Counted from the first letter of the stretch, positions 1-10,658 are shown. The stretch is DNA of 64,000 bases from Bacteroidota bacterium (GCA_016124735.1 WGMZ01000030.1:8454-72453); one strand, 5' to 3'. Notes: generated from the letters alone by a model not told the origin. Made by a program: numbers and translations.

Positions 1-1594
1 GAAAAGCAACGATTTTTCTTCCCGATGGATGGAAAAACTCAGCCGCCGCTATGCCTCTTTTTTGGCTCGCTGTCTGCGTGCGGGTAAATGGATCGTTGCC
101 GGATCCATACTCCTCTTTGCGGTGGGAATCATGTTGTTTCAATCCATGGGCTCAGAATTTCTGCCTCAACTTGATGAAGGCGACTTCGCAGTGGAAATGC
201 GCGGGCTTCCGGGCATGGGACTTGAAACGAGTGCCTATTACGGCCAAAAGGTGGCGCAATTGATCCTTCAGAAATTCCCGGATGAAGTAAAAGAGGTGGT
301 TTGTAAAATAGGTACTTCTGAGATTCCAACCGATCCCATGCCTTTAGAAGCCACCGATGTAATGATCATCCTGAAAGAAAAATGGCAGTGGAAAAGAGCA
401 CATGGCAGAGAAGAGCTTGCTGAGGCAATGCTCAAGGAATTGGAATATTTTCCGGGAATCAACTTTAGTTTTCAGCAACCTATTCAGATGAGGTTTAACG
501 AATTAATGACCGGTGTAAAACAAGACGTAGCGGTCAAGATTTTTGGTGATGACCTCACTATTCTAAACGAGCTGGCAGGAAAAGTAAGCAACCTGGTTAC
601 CCAAATCAATGGGGCCGAAGACATGTACCGGGAAGAGATTACCGGTACCCGACAATTGGTTATTGAGCCGGACCGGGAGGCGCTTTCCCGCTACGGACTG
701 CATATTGACGACCTGAATAAACAACTGGAGGCTGCGGTTGCAGGTATTCCAAATGGATACGTGTTCGAAGGTGAGCGTTCATACCGATTGGTGATTCGTT
801 ACGATTCTAGCATCCGGAATAATCCCGATGAGATTGAAAATCTTAGAATTCGAACCATGTCAGGTTCTATGGTTCCTTTTGCCGAATTGGCGAAGACGCA
901 CTGGAAAGAGAGTCCGATTCAAATTCAACGAGAAGAAACCCAAAGGCGTATTATCGTCGGGTTTAATGTTCGGGGAAGAGATGTATCCAGCGTGGTACAT
1001 GAGCTTCAGGACAAATCCAAAAGTATTGTATTGCCTCCCGGATACTCCATCCGCTATGGCGGCCAGTTTGAAAATCTGCAGGAAGCGAATCAGCGTTTGA
1101 TGATTGCTGTACCTGTGGCACTTATGTTTATTTTTTTGCTTCTGTACCTGACCTTCCACTCACTGAGCCATGCTGCGCTTATTTTCAGCGCCATTCCGCT
1201 TGCCTCGGTAGGAGGTATTCTGGCATTGTGGCTGCGAGGTATGCCCTTCAGCATATCTGCGGGTGTTGGATTTATTGCCCTCTTCGGGGTTGCTGTATTG
1301 AATGGTATTGTGATGATGGCCGAATACAAGAGAAGATTAAAATCTCAAAGCCTCCTTCGAAGCGTGGTTCTTGGAAGTCTGGAAAGACTCCGGCCAGTAT
1401 TGATGACCGCGTCTGTCGCATCACTTGGATTTTTACCTATGGCTCTGGCATCATCTGCGGGAGCAGAAGTGCAAAAACCATTGGCAACGGTGGTAATAGG
1501 AGGATTGATATCCTCCACCCTGTTGACTCTGGTTGTCTTACCCATCCTATTCCTCCTCATCCAAAAAAGAAAAGACTATGCGAACAAGAAATAA
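1..1594 (+). CDS. CusA/CzcA-family heavy-metal efflux RND permease, C-terminal ~530 aa (5' end outside window)
   Basis: The reading frame is open from base 2 with no stop upstream of the Met at 29, so the gene starts outside the window. It has the FLPQLDEGDF motif and C-terminal TM helix clusters typical of CzcA/CusA pumps. TolC-like and MFP genes follow immediately. Confidence 0.85.
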   Translation, partial: KSNDFSSRWMEKLSRRYASFLARCLRAGKWIVAGSILLFAVGIMLFQSMGSEFLPQLDEGDFAVEMRGLPGMGLETSAYYGQKVAQLILQKFPDEVKEVVCKIGTSEIPTDPMPLEATDVMIILKEKWQWKRAHGREELAEAMLKELEYFPGINFSFQQPIQMRFNELMTGVKQDVAVKIFGDDLTILNELAGKVSNLVTQINGAEDMYREEITGTRQLVIEPDREALSRYGLHIDDLNKQLEAAVAGIPNGYVFEGERSYRLVIRYDSSIRNNPDEIENLRIRTMSGSMVPFAELAKTHWKESPIQIQREETQRRIIVGFNVRGRDVSSVVHELQDKSKSIVLPPGYSIRYGGQFENLQEANQRLMIAVPVALMFIFLLLYLTFHSLSHAALIFSAIPLASVGGILALWLRGMPFSISAGVGFIALFGVAVLNGIVMMAEYKRRLKSQSLLRSVVLGSLERLRPVLMTASVASLGFLPMALASSAGAEVQKPLATVVIGGLISSTLLTLVVLPILFLLIQKRKDYANKK

Positions 1595-2804
1595 TATCGC
1601 CTGGTTTCTCCTGATGCTTCCAATTGCCGGATTTAGTCAGGTTGAACTCACCATTGATTCGGCAGTAAGCCGGGCTATTCAGGTAAATGGAAACCTCCTG
1701 GCATCGCAAAAGACCATGGAAGCTGCAAAAACCAATATTCGCCTCTATTCCGAAATAGGCAATACCAATGTCAATCTGATGGTAGGCCAATACAACAGTT
1801 TTCCTAAAAACGATAATAATCTGACCATTACCCAGGCAGTTCCATTCCCTTTGAGCATGAAAGCGAAAAAAGAATGGTACCGCGCTCAATACGGGGAATC
1901 TGGCGCATTGTATAAACAGAATGCTGATCAGCTGGCTTTGGCCATTCGCGATGCCTGCTCTCAATTGCATTATTTGGAAATCAAACTGGCATTGTATGAG
2001 GAACAATCGGTTTATATGACAGAACTGACAGAAAGCGCCAAAGCGAATTATGAATCCGGACAATCCGGTGTTCTGCCTTATCAATTGAGTCGCTCTAAAA
2101 GCAGCCAACTTGAGTTACAGGTAAATGTTATCCGACAAGAGAAAGAGAATGTGCTTCGCTATCTGCAAACCCAATTGCAAATCAATGAAGTAATTCAAAT
2201 TCAATCGGCAGAGGCAGAAAAACCTTTGTTCTATACCCCTGATCTGAACGCCGACGTTCAGGTTCTCGACGCAAATAAGGAGCGAATAAACTCGGAAATC
2301 GATCTTGAAAAAAGTGCCTTTTGGCCAGATTTGCAGTTCTCTTACTTTTCTCAAACCCTAATCGGAGGACCAACCGGCCCGGACATCAATGCACCTGTTG
2401 CAGGTCCCGGAAACCGTTTTCAGGGATTTGCTTTCGGATTGAGTTTTCCACTTTGGATGGGGCCGCAATTGGCTAGGGTCAAATCAAACAAATTGAAATC
2501 GGAAGCGGCACATTTTGCCCTGGATCAGAAAAAGAGAGAACTCAAAAACGAGTGGCAAAATGCTCTGGATCAATACCTTGTTGCCAAGCAAAACAAAATC
2601 AAATACGACCAGGATATTTTTCCTCTTGCCGGACAGATTAAAACACAAGCCGAAATATCGTATAGAAAAGGGCAACTTTCTTTTACCGAATACCTGATAC
2701 AGCTCAATGAGTCGCTGCTGATACAGGAACAATCGGCCCAGCTGAACTATGAATGCGAACTCAAACTACATCAATTATTATGGCTTCAAGGAAGCATTCA
2801 ATAA
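1578..2804 (+). CDS. TolC-family outer-membrane efflux protein
   Basis: ATG at 1578 gives the signal peptide MRTRNNIAWFLLMLPIAGFSQ; the track start at 1533 is a TTG. The gene overlaps the RND gene by 17 nt. Its ~410-aa length, composition and position inside the efflux operon fit TolC/CzcC-type proteins. Confidence 0.75.
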   Translation: MRTRNNIAWFLLMLPIAGFSQVELTIDSAVSRAIQVNGNLLASQKTMEAAKTNIRLYSEIGNTNVNLMVGQYNSFPKNDNNLTITQAVPFPLSMKAKKEWYRAQYGESGALYKQNADQLALAIRDACSQLHYLEIKLALYEEQSVYMTELTESAKANYESGQSGVLPYQLSRSKSSQLELQVNVIRQEKENVLRYLQTQLQINEVIQIQSAEAEKPLFYTPDLNADVQVLDANKERINSEIDLEKSAFWPDLQFSYFSQTLIGGPTGPDINAPVAGPGNRFQGFAFGLSFPLWMGPQLARVKSNKLKSEAAHFALDQKKRELKNEWQNALDQYLVAKQNKIKYDQDIFPLAGQIKTQAEISYRKGQLSFTEYLIQLNESLLIQEQSAQLNYECELKLHQLLWLQGSIQ

Positions 2805-2805
2805 C

Positions 2806-3936
2806 ATGAAAAATTTATCACTTTTATATCTCTCAAGCATATTGCTTTTGGCGTGCAACAACACCAGCACCCCTGTTGCCGAAGATGTGGCACAAATCAA
2901 TCCGGATAAAAACTCTTTCGAACTTTCCGATAAGGCATTGCAAACCATTGGATTGGTAGCTGACGTCCCAAAATTTTCAGAAATCACCGGAGAGATCGAT
3001 GTCAATGGAATGCTGGATATCCCACCGGATCAGAATGTGAGCTATTCGCTACCATACAGCGGGAAAATCACACAGATTCCTCTGATCAACGGAATGAAAA
3101 TTAAAAAAGGCAAGCTCCTTTTCGAAATTGAGAATCCGGTATTTCTGGATATGCAGGAACAATTCCTGCGCAATAAATCGGATTTGGAAACTGCCCGCTT
3201 GAATTATCAGCGGCAGGCAGAACTGGCCAAAGACAAAATCAACGCCCAAAAAGATCTCGAAGACGCAAAAAATCAACTGCAGCAACTCGAAGCAGCTTAT
3301 GAGAGCAGCAAAGAAAAATTGGAGCTTTTGAATTACAATCCGGCAACCCTCACCGCCGAAAATCTTAGTCCGAAAACCCGTTTTTATTCCGACAAAGATT
3401 ATTGGGTAAAAATGGTGCATGTCAACATGGGAACTTTCGTACAATCGGGCAATCTGATTGTGGAACTTCTCGATCTGAGCCATCTTCATCTGGAACTAAA
3501 AGTATTCGAGAAGGACCTGAACAAACTTTATATCGGACAAAAGATTCAATTTCGACTGCAGCATGAAGAACAGATTCGTAGCGCTTCTATTTACCTGATT
3601 GGTAAAAGCATCGATGCAGAAAGAACCGTTCAGGTTCATGGACATTTAGATTCGGATGAAGGGAATTTACTTCCGGGAATCTTTATTCATGCCAGTATTT
3701 TGATTGCGGGCGACTCCTCCTGGTGGCTTCCCTCATCTGCCCTGCAGGTTTGGCAGGGAAAAAATTACCTTTTTGAACAGGTCGGTAAAAATACTTTTCA
3801 TATGTTGGAAATAAAGAATCCCGATATTCGCAACAACAAATTACTCCTCGACCAGGAGTACCGAGGAAGAAAGTTTGTGAATACAGGCGCTTTTGAGCTA
3901 CTCGCTTTTATGCAAAACGCCAATGAAGAAGAGTAA
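2806..3936 (+). CDS. Efflux RND periplasmic adaptor (HlyD/MFP family), lipoprotein
   Basis: ATG at 2806 lies 1 nt after the TolC-like stop and gives MKNLSLLYLSSILLLAC, a lipobox. A coiled-coil hairpin segment (LRNKSDLETARLNYQRQAELAK...) is flanked by beta-rich segments, as in MFP adaptors. Confidence 0.75.
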   Translation: MKNLSLLYLSSILLLACNNTSTPVAEDVAQINPDKNSFELSDKALQTIGLVADVPKFSEITGEIDVNGMLDIPPDQNVSYSLPYSGKITQIPLINGMKIKKGKLLFEIENPVFLDMQEQFLRNKSDLETARLNYQRQAELAKDKINAQKDLEDAKNQLQQLEAAYESSKEKLELLNYNPATLTAENLSPKTRFYSDKDYWVKMVHVNMGTFVQSGNLIVELLDLSHLHLELKVFEKDLNKLYIGQKIQFRLQHEEQIRSASIYLIGKSIDAERTVQVHGHLDSDEGNLLPGIFIHASILIAGDSSWWLPSSALQVWQGKNYLFEQVGKNTFHMLEIKNPDIRNNKLLLDQEYRGRKFVNTGAFELLAFMQNANEEE

Positions 3937-3951
3937 TCCAAACTCAATTGA

Positions 3952-5166
3952 ATGATTAAACCAGAATTATTACCTGATGAAAATGAAAGACAGGAATTAA
4001 TCGATTCTCTTTCCTTTCTTAAAGATCAGGCAGATCAGCAAGTAAAAGATATCGTCGATTTGACGTCGAAATTCTGCGATGTCCCCATTGTACTGGTTAC
4101 CGTAATTACGGAAGACCGGCAAGATCGGTACATTCACTATGGACTGGATGGCAGCAGCGATGCGCGTGATGAATCTTTCTGCGGACATACCATCATGCAA
4201 AATGATTTGATGGAAGTGGAAAATGCCCATATGGATGCACGCTTTGTCGATAATCCCCTGGTTATTGGCGATCCGAATATTGTTTTTTATGCAGGCCGAC
4301 CCATTTGGGTAAAAGGGCATAAAATCGGGGCTTTGTGCATCATTGACCGGAAACCAAGAAAATTAACGCCTCTTCAACGAGATTTTCACCGCATCATGAC
4401 CCAACAGGTGGAACAGATATTCAGCCAAAAGGCATTCATGGAAGGTTACCTTGCCATTTTGAACAAACTGGAAATCACAAGTACCCTGATGGAAGAAAAC
4501 CTCCGAAAATTCAAAGAAGTGATTTCAGCTATTTCTCATGATGCCATTGCACCCGTGAGAAATCTGAAGTCGCTTTTTGACATTACAAAAGATGACAAAG
4601 ACTTTGACCTGAAAGATGTGCTGGACGACATTGACGAATCTCTTGTTTCTTCTGAATCTTTGTTATTAAACCTGATGGAATGGGGTGTGAAATTGGCCGA
4701 CTCTCAGCAAACAGAAGCAAGCAATTTAGATTTAAACGAAATGATGCATTCCATTGCTTTTGAATTAAAACCCGAATTGGATTTAAAAGAAAACATCCTG
4801 GAATATGAACAGGTCAGAGGAAATATATTCAGTGAAGAACATAAAATTCGCTTCGTTATCCGGAATTTAATCAAGAATAGCAATAAATTCACCGAGTGCG
4901 GAAAAATTCGCATACGTAGTTGGGAAGATGATGAAAAAATGTGGATAGAAGTAGAAGATAACGGTATTGGAATGACGGCTGATAAGGTCGAAATGTTGAA
5001 CAATTCCAGAAGACTGCAATCCAGTGCCGGGACCAAGGGGGAAAAGGGTTTCGGCATGGGTTTGAGCCTCGTTTTTTCCTTCATTGAGTCGATGGGCGGA
5101 GACCTGAAAATTAGTTCGAAATCAGGTTCAGGAACTCTGTGCACATTATCTCTTCCAAGATTGTAA
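3952..5166 (+). CDS. GAF-domain sensor histidine kinase (no TM segments)
   Basis: The N-terminal region is GAF-like (FCGHTI...DARF..NPLV...FYAG.PI...G..IGALC.ID). It has an H-box (ISAISHDAIAPVRNL) and HATPase motifs (NLIKNSNKFT, EDNGIGM, GFGMGLSLV). Confidence 0.75.
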   Translation: MIKPELLPDENERQELIDSLSFLKDQADQQVKDIVDLTSKFCDVPIVLVTVITEDRQDRYIHYGLDGSSDARDESFCGHTIMQNDLMEVENAHMDARFVDNPLVIGDPNIVFYAGRPIWVKGHKIGALCIIDRKPRKLTPLQRDFHRIMTQQVEQIFSQKAFMEGYLAILNKLEITSTLMEENLRKFKEVISAISHDAIAPVRNLKSLFDITKDDKDFDLKDVLDDIDESLVSSESLLLNLMEWGVKLADSQQTEASNLDLNEMMHSIAFELKPELDLKENILEYEQVRGNIFSEEHKIRFVIRNLIKNSNKFTECGKIRIRSWEDDEKMWIEVEDNGIGMTADKVEMLNNSRRLQSSAGTKGEKGFGMGLSLVFSFIESMGGDLKISSKSGSGTLCTLSLPRL

Positions 5167-5188
5167 ACGCTTTTATAGATTTGCGCTT

Positions 5189-6325
5189 ATGCTAAGCTAT
5201 TGGGAAAAAGACGCTCTCTGTGCTCAAGATGTAATTATTGTTGGCGGTGGTCTGCTCGGATTATCCACAGCATTGTCCGTGAAAGAAAAATCGCCCCGTG
5301 CCAGAATTCTTGTATTGGAGCGAGGTGTCTTCCCTACCGGAGCCAGCACCCGCAATGCAGGGATGGCATGCTTTGCGAAAGCCTGCGAAATGCTTTCTGA
5401 CATTAAACTTCAGGGAGGAGAAGCAGCGGCTAAACTCGCGGCACAGCGCGTCGAAGGACTGAATTTATTGAGAAGCAGAATCAGTGATTCTGCCCTGGAA
5501 TATGAAAATCTGGGTGGATATGAGTTGATCCGAAATGAAGACAATGAAATTACGAATGGCGACCTCAAGTTTCTGAATGAATTGCTTCATCCCCATTTTG
5601 ATCAAAATGTCTTTCAATTCAAAAATGAACAGATTGATGCATTTGGCTTTAAAGGAGTCAAACAACTCATCTACAATCCATTGGAAGGCCAACTGCATTC
5701 CGGCAAATTAATTTCCGCCCTCTGGCGCTTGATCAATGCATTGGGTGTTCGGGTGATTACAGGAGCAGAAGTGAAATCCATTGAAGAAAACACCAATAAT
5801 GTGGAAGTCTTTGTCAATAGCCCTGTACTGGGAGAAGATATTCGTTTTAGTGCAGGTCAGGTCGGCATTTGTACCAATGCATTGAATCCATCATTCATAG
5901 ATGAGGTCATTCAACCGAAACCTGGTCGCGGACAAGTACTGATTACTAAAGAAATGCGTGGATTGAAGTTAGAAGGGAGTTTTCATTTTAATGAAGGATA
6001 TTACTACTTCAGAAATCATGAGAACCGTATTTTATTAGGCGGAGGAAGAAACCTCGATATCGATGGAGAATCAACCAGCGAATTCGGACTGAATGATCAA
6101 ATTCAAGCGGAATTGGAAAAGGTACTTCATGAAATAATTCTGCCCGATACCAAAGTGGAAATAGATCAACGATGGTCGGGAATCATGGGCTTTACCGAAA
6201 ATAAAATGCCGATAGTAGACCGAATGGGCAAAAGACGTGCAGTAGGATTTACCTGCAATGGAATGGGCGTATCTCTTTCTACATTAACCGGAGAAAAATT
6301 GGCCGAGTTGCTGGTTTCCAAGTAA
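5189..6325 (+). CDS. FAD-dependent oxidoreductase (DAO family)
   Basis: The N-terminal dinucleotide-binding motif DVIIVGGGLLGLSTAL and the ~378-aa length are typical of DAO-type flavoproteins. Confidence 0.75.
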   Translation: MLSYWEKDALCAQDVIIVGGGLLGLSTALSVKEKSPRARILVLERGVFPTGASTRNAGMACFAKACEMLSDIKLQGGEAAAKLAAQRVEGLNLLRSRISDSALEYENLGGYELIRNEDNEITNGDLKFLNELLHPHFDQNVFQFKNEQIDAFGFKGVKQLIYNPLEGQLHSGKLISALWRLINALGVRVITGAEVKSIEENTNNVEVFVNSPVLGEDIRFSAGQVGICTNALNPSFIDEVIQPKPGRGQVLITKEMRGLKLEGSFHFNEGYYYFRNHENRILLGGGRNLDIDGESTSEFGLNDQIQAELEKVLHEIILPDTKVEIDQRWSGIMGFTENKMPIVDRMGKRRAVGFTCNGMGVSLSTLTGEKLAELLVSK

Positions 6326-6328
6326 GCT

Positions 6329-7537
6329 TTATTCCATCTTCTGTATTTTCCGAACTTCTCTTATCCCATTCTGGTATTCGATCCTTACGAAATAAATCCC
6401 ACGGGCAAGCTCCGGTACCTCTACTTTATTCTTGATCCTGTCCCAAACAATTGGCATTTTCCTGCCTTCAACAGAATATACTGTCAGAGTTAGAATCTCC
6501 CTATTGCCGGGAACAGAAATATTAAAAAGTGATTTGCAGGGGTTCGGATACATTTCAACTCCGGATAGTTCTCCGATAGTGGGTAGACTTTCCGGGAAGG
6601 CGGAATAATAGAATACCAATCGAATATTGGGAGTCATGATCCCATTCATGAGGAGAGAATATGTTTTCTTCTTTAAGGGGCTAAATCCATCGTAATCCTC
6701 ATAGTATTTGGGATCATAAGCAAGCGCCCTGAGGTCCTTTTGAATATCCACAGCGAATTCATTTCGTTTTGTTTCTGTCCATTCCTGGTTCACATTATCA
6801 AAATCGAACTGCGATTGCTGAATCAAGTCGCCCCTCTGGTTGTAGGATGACTTAAAAACGTTATACAAATTGTACCTGTTTAAGCCACTGCTCCAGGAAT
6901 AGTGGAGGCGAAGTGTGTCATGTCCATCTGCATCCCGAAAGAAAGAATCCAGGGCGGCGTTCACGGGAACTCCATTCGAATAATTTTTGTATTCTTTGCT
7001 TATGACGTGTCCGTTGGCGTCAAAATTTATAAGAAATCCCGAATTATCTTCCCACGATCCATTGTACCAGGTTTTCCCCAATCCCGACTCCAGTGTGTTA
7101 TTCGAATAGGTATATTCATTTTTCCTCACCGGTTTCCAGGTAGAATCGGATTTGTTAAAAGAAGAGGATTCGTAAACAATCAAATTGCCATTGGCAAATG
7201 TTTGTTTATCCTGCTGCATCCATTGCCATTGATTGCTGCTTTGATTCCAGGAACTTTCTGTCATCATCGACCAGTTGCTGTCATTGGCTGATGCATAATC
7301 GTAATGATACAGGTATTGAGGGCGGCGATCTCCATTTCCTGGGTTGATATACCATACTTCCGATTCGGAAATCCACCCATTTGCTGTATAGGTATGATAC
7401 ACCACAGAAGAGGCTCCCCAGGTACCTTGTAAATACCGTTCAGAAACAGTACTGTCTAATTGGATGACATTCGTGCCTTTCGCATAAAAACAAAGTAGAA
7501 TGAAAAATATAGAAAAAAGAGATTCCCTCGTACGCAT
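6329..7537 (-). CDS. Secreted protein with T9SS type A C-terminal sorting domain
   Basis: It has a signal peptide (FSIFFILLCFYAKG). The C-terminal ~75 aa (VEMYPNPCKSLFNISV...GIYFVRIEYQNG..EVRKIQK) match the Por/T9SS type A tail pattern. The body is rich in Asn, Trp and Tyr. Confidence 0.7.
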   Translation of the reverse strand: MRTRESLFSIFFILLCFYAKGTNVIQLDSTVSERYLQGTWGASSVVYHTYTANGWISESEVWYINPGNGDRRPQYLYHYDYASANDSNWSMMTESSWNQSSNQWQWMQQDKQTFANGNLIVYESSSFNKSDSTWKPVRKNEYTYSNNTLESGLGKTWYNGSWEDNSGFLINFDANGHVISKEYKNYSNGVPVNAALDSFFRDADGHDTLRLHYSWSSGLNRYNLYNVFKSSYNQRGDLIQQSQFDFDNVNQEWTETKRNEFAVDIQKDLRALAYDPKYYEDYDGFSPLKKKTYSLLMNGIMTPNIRLVFYYSAFPESLPTIGELSGVEMYPNPCKSLFNISVPGNREILTLTVYSVEGRKMPIVWDRIKNKVEVPELARGIYFVRIEYQNGIREVRKIQKME

Positions 7538-7920
7538 TCAACTAAATTCATCATCCTAAAACATAGATACAAGGAATTTACGACCAACGTGTTTTTATGA
7601 AACTTTGGTAGGGGAAAGTATTTCTGGCCTGTCTTTCAATAAAACCAAATGATGATTGATCCTGAATTCAAGAAAATTCCCCTCTGCATCGTTATACTGG
7701 AAAAGGATTCGATGAAAGCCTTAGTTGTACCTTTCCTTTTGGCTGCTTTAGCCCTGATATGGTTATATCCGACTCTGCATTCCAGGGACCAATCGCAGGA
7801 TATTTCTCAACAATACTCGTGCGGGAATAACAGGCCTGAACGCTTTCCATCTCCCCTGCTAACCCATCAGGACACACTTCGTTTTCACCTGATGAATCAG
7901 ACCATAGATAACGAGTAAAA

Positions 7921-8883
7921 TTATTCGTTATCCATTTTGAGAAGAAAAGTAAGCGGTGTATCCAGACGCCGGCTCCAAAAATTCTCATTGTGTTCCGCAC
8001 CCGGGAACTCCAGCGTTTCCAAGTTCTCCGAGCCATAGTCATGTGCCTGAAGGCAGGAATCTACCCAATGCTGATAGGGTGCATCGCTGGAATCCGTTTC
8101 AGCCGTACCATAATCAAAATAGAAGCGATGGTGTTCCGGATCTGGCATATGTTCGTTCAGATAATTGACGTATGCCAAAGGCACTTCCGGTGCTGCTGAA
8201 TAGACAGTTCCCGGCCAATGACTCGATATACACATTACCCCACCAAATACATGCGGATATTCACAAATGGCATACATCGAAATCAATCCGCCCAGACCGG
8301 AACCTCCCATGAAGGTGTTGCCGCGATCGGGCAAAGTTGGATACAGGGAGTCGATAAATGGCTTTAACTCATTCACCACAAAAGCCAGATACTTATCAGA
8401 CAGCAATGGCTCCAGCTCCATTCCGCTGCCAATTGCCATGCCTCTCAGAAATAACCAACTTGAATCGCTCAGGGATTGATACACTTTTTTCGGCATGTAT
8501 TGGGCCAGCCGACGTTTCCCCAAATTGTGTATCCCGACTACCATGGTGGCTCTTACTTTTTCAGATCGAAGCAGTCTGCTTAAGGTTTCATCCATCTTCC
8601 ATTCCTGCTTGTTCCAGGTTCGGGTGGAGTCAAAAAGATTCTCCCCATCATTCATATAAAGTACTGCCAATTTCTTCTCCGGGTCTGCAGAAGCGGGAAG
8701 CCAAATCGTTAAATGCATATTCTCCCCCATCTCTTTTGAAGGAAATACAGGAACCTCTATAAATTGCTCATTTTTGCCCATCTTGTATTTAGACGAAGAG
8801 GACCTGGTAGCATTTCCGCATGAAGCCAAAACCATAAGCATGCTAAAAGAATAGACCAAACAAAACTTCTTTGTTAAAGACAT
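7921..8883 (-). CDS. Putative esterase (alpha/beta hydrolase, PF00756-like), lipoprotein
   Basis: It has a lipobox (MLMVLASC). The layout LHLTIWLP...VLYMNDGENLF...VVGI...FMGGSGLGGLISMY resembles the enterochelin-esterase-like putative esterase family. Confidence 0.65.
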   Translation of the reverse strand: MSLTKKFCLVYSFSMLMVLASCGNATRSSSSKYKMGKNEQFIEVPVFPSKEMGENMHLTIWLPASADPEKKLAVLYMNDGENLFDSTRTWNKQEWKMDETLSRLLRSEKVRATMVVGIHNLGKRRLAQYMPKKVYQSLSDSSWLFLRGMAIGSGMELEPLLSDKYLAFVVNELKPFIDSLYPTLPDRGNTFMGGSGLGGLISMYAICEYPHVFGGVMCISSHWPGTVYSAAPEVPLAYVNYLNEHMPDPEHHRFYFDYGTAETDSSDAPYQHWVDSCLQAHDYGSENLETLEFPGAEHNENFWSRRLDTPLTFLLKMDNE

Positions 8884-8938
8884 TGGCTGCTAAAGGTACT
8901 CCATTCGGGTAAAGTAATAAAAAAGGCAGCTTTCCTAT

Positions 8939-9817
8939 TCATCTCTTGACGATTCGGTAATTCTTGTAGCTAAAATCAATTCCTATATAGTTCCGAAGGA
9001 ATTTCTTAAGCTTTTCCTTCAGTGAAGATTTATTGAAGCTGGGATCATGCTCGAATTGCCAGTTTTTGGATTGAATACGCTCTTGCATTACTTCAGGATG
9101 AGTGCCTTGAAATCGTTTGAGTGAACGGACATGCGCTTCGTAATTGTATGTTTCAGCTTTTGCAATATGCTGGTCTACCCAAACATCGTCGTGCCAAAGC
9201 TTATTAAAGTCTTCCTGTTTTTGCTGCATGGCCCGCGGATCTTTTACCCATCCATAATGGTAGATAAATGCAGGAATTTCAGCCACATTCAGTTTTTCAT
9301 TGTCTCCCTTTCTGAATCCCTGGGCATCCCGGTAGCTATAGATGGATGGATCGATCCGTACGACACGAATCTCTTTGGGATACCAATTTAATGAATCCCC
9401 AACATAATCGTAGGAGCCATAAAAATGCAGGTAATTAAACAGCAATCCATCAATGTCCTTATCTCCAAGGTATTTTTCCATCGACTCCCTGACTACCGCG
9501 AGGTATTTTTCGTGGATGACCTCATCACCCTGAATATAAAAGGCCCAATCGCTATCAGGGGATATTGCAGCCAATGCCTTATCAGTTTCCTGTGCCAGCA
9601 CTCTTCCGCCTTCTCTCAGGCTATCGTCCCATACGGTCTCAATTATTCGGATTTTGTCTGGATCGATCGCCTCAATTAATTCAAGGGTTTCATCATCCGA
9701 ATTTCCTACCGCCACCACCACTTCATCGCAAATGGGTAAAATGGATTGAATCGCTTCTACAATTGGATAATCGTAGAGGATGGCATTGCGGATAAAGGTA
9801 AAGCCCGAGACTTTCAT
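8939..9817 (-). CDS. Glycosyltransferase family 2-like
   Basis: ATG at 9817 gives MKVSGFTFIRNA.. followed by EVVVAVGNSDDETLELI and the acidic motif IQGDEV, typical of small GT2-type transferases. The track start at 9832 adds 5 residues. Confidence 0.6.
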   Translation of the reverse strand: MKVSGFTFIRNAILYDYPIVEAIQSILPICDEVVVAVGNSDDETLELIEAIDPDKIRIIETVWDDSLREGGRVLAQETDKALAAISPDSDWAFYIQGDEVIHEKYLAVVRESMEKYLGDKDIDGLLFNYLHFYGSYDYVGDSLNWYPKEIRVVRIDPSIYSYRDAQGFRKGDNEKLNVAEIPAFIYHYGWVKDPRAMQQKQEDFNKLWHDDVWVDQHIAKAETYNYEAHVRSLKRFQGTHPEVMQERIQSKNWQFEHDPSFNKSSLKEKLKKFLRNYIGIDFSYKNYRIVKR

Positions 9818-9896
9818 ACCGCAAAGAAACAAACATTACCTGGATTGATTTGGAAAATGGTCTCCGCATGTCCGCTGGGTTTATACTTCTTGACCA

Positions 9897-10658
9897 TTAA
9901 GGAAACTGATAATCCCCTTTTTTGTCGATAGTATATTGAAGTGGCTTATAGTCCCTGGTGAAACGATTGTAACCTGATTTCATTTGAGACCAGAATGAAA
10001 GCAGTGGACTGTCTTTTTGGAGGAGTCGCTTTTGCTCATTCCAGTTTTTATCATTCATCTTGAAAGGAAAAACATAAATCGGAATTTTAGTTTGGCCATT
10101 GTTTCGCGCGTGGACAGCCAGCAGATAGATTTCTTTGATTTTATCGTCAGTCATGGGTATGCAACCGATGGTGACGCAAGAACCATGGATAAAGATATCG
10201 CCGCCTGGATTTCCCACTGCTTTGATTTGATCCGCAGTATTGGGATAATTGAGCCCCAACGACAGATAAAAATTACTGCTGGGATTGAATCGATCGATAT
10301 GGTAAAATCCTTCCGGTACCTGCCCGTCGCCCTGACTTCTTTTTGGCCCCAAAGAACCACTTTTAGCGCAGATGCGATAGGTTTTTAGATGGGAGTATTT
10401 TTCTGTTCCTTTCTTCCTTGCAAACAATTGCAACTCATCTTCGGCTTTGAAAGCCACAAGGAGCATTTCAAAATTATTCAGAGCAAGATCCTTTTTGCCC
10501 AACTCAATCTTCCAGGCGTGTTCCTTCTCGCTGATGGCCGCTCTGACTCTGGAGTATTTCTTCTGCTGATTGAGAAATTCGTCCCCAACTGAAATCCAGG
10601 AAAGAAGCATCCATCCAATAAAAATGGAAGTAATTCCAAATAACAAGGCTCGCTTCAT
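9897..10658 (-). CDS. L,D-transpeptidase catalytic-domain protein (YkuD fold)
   Basis: ATG at 10658 gives MKRALLFGITSIFIGWMLL, a membrane anchor. The catalytic signature DIFIHGSCVTIGCIPMTD fits the H-G...G-C pattern of YkuD enzymes. Confidence 0.7.
   Translation of the reverse strand: MKRALLFGITSIFIGWMLLSWISVGDEFLNQQKKYSRVRAAISEKEHAWKIELGKKDLALNNFEMLLVAFKAEDELQLFARKKGTEKYSHLKTYRICAKSGSLGPKRSQGDGQVPEGFYHIDRFNPSSNFYLSLGLNYPNTADQIKAVGNPGGDIFIHGSCVTIGCIPMTDDKIKEIYLLAVHARNNGQTKIPIYVFPFKMNDKNWNEQKRLLQKDSPLLSFWSQMKSGYNRFTRDYKPLQYTIDKKGDYQFP

Noticed and set aside
1557-2108. Long antisense or out-of-frame ORFs lie inside confidently called genes. Examples are 1557..2108(-), 12245..12748(+), 14063..14698(-), 22725..23240(+), 38774..39235(+), 55768..56229(+) and 60954..61625(+).
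   Set aside because: Each lies entirely within a gene that has clear family motifs on the other strand or frame. Their translations are low-complexity or rich in Arg, Ser and Cys with no motifs. They are shadow ORFs.
7649-7918. An 89-aa ORF (or 68 aa from MKALVVPFLLAALALIWLYP at 7712) lies in the 383-bp gap between the T9SS cargo gene and the esterase gene. A GATAACGA/TCGTTATC hairpin (7907-7932) spans both convergent stop codons.
   Set aside because: One hydrophobic helix and otherwise low-information sequence is not enough to call a gene, and no motif is present. The hairpin is short and partly inside the esterase coding region. I left the ORF unannotated.
8287-8307. The esterase nucleophile elbow reads G-G-S-G-L-G-G instead of the G-x-S-x-G-G I expect for this family. 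This looks like a one-residue insertion that could displace the catalytic Ser.
   Set aside because: I cannot judge this without a real family alignment. G-G-S-G-L may simply be a tolerated variant, so it is not solid enough to report as a finding.
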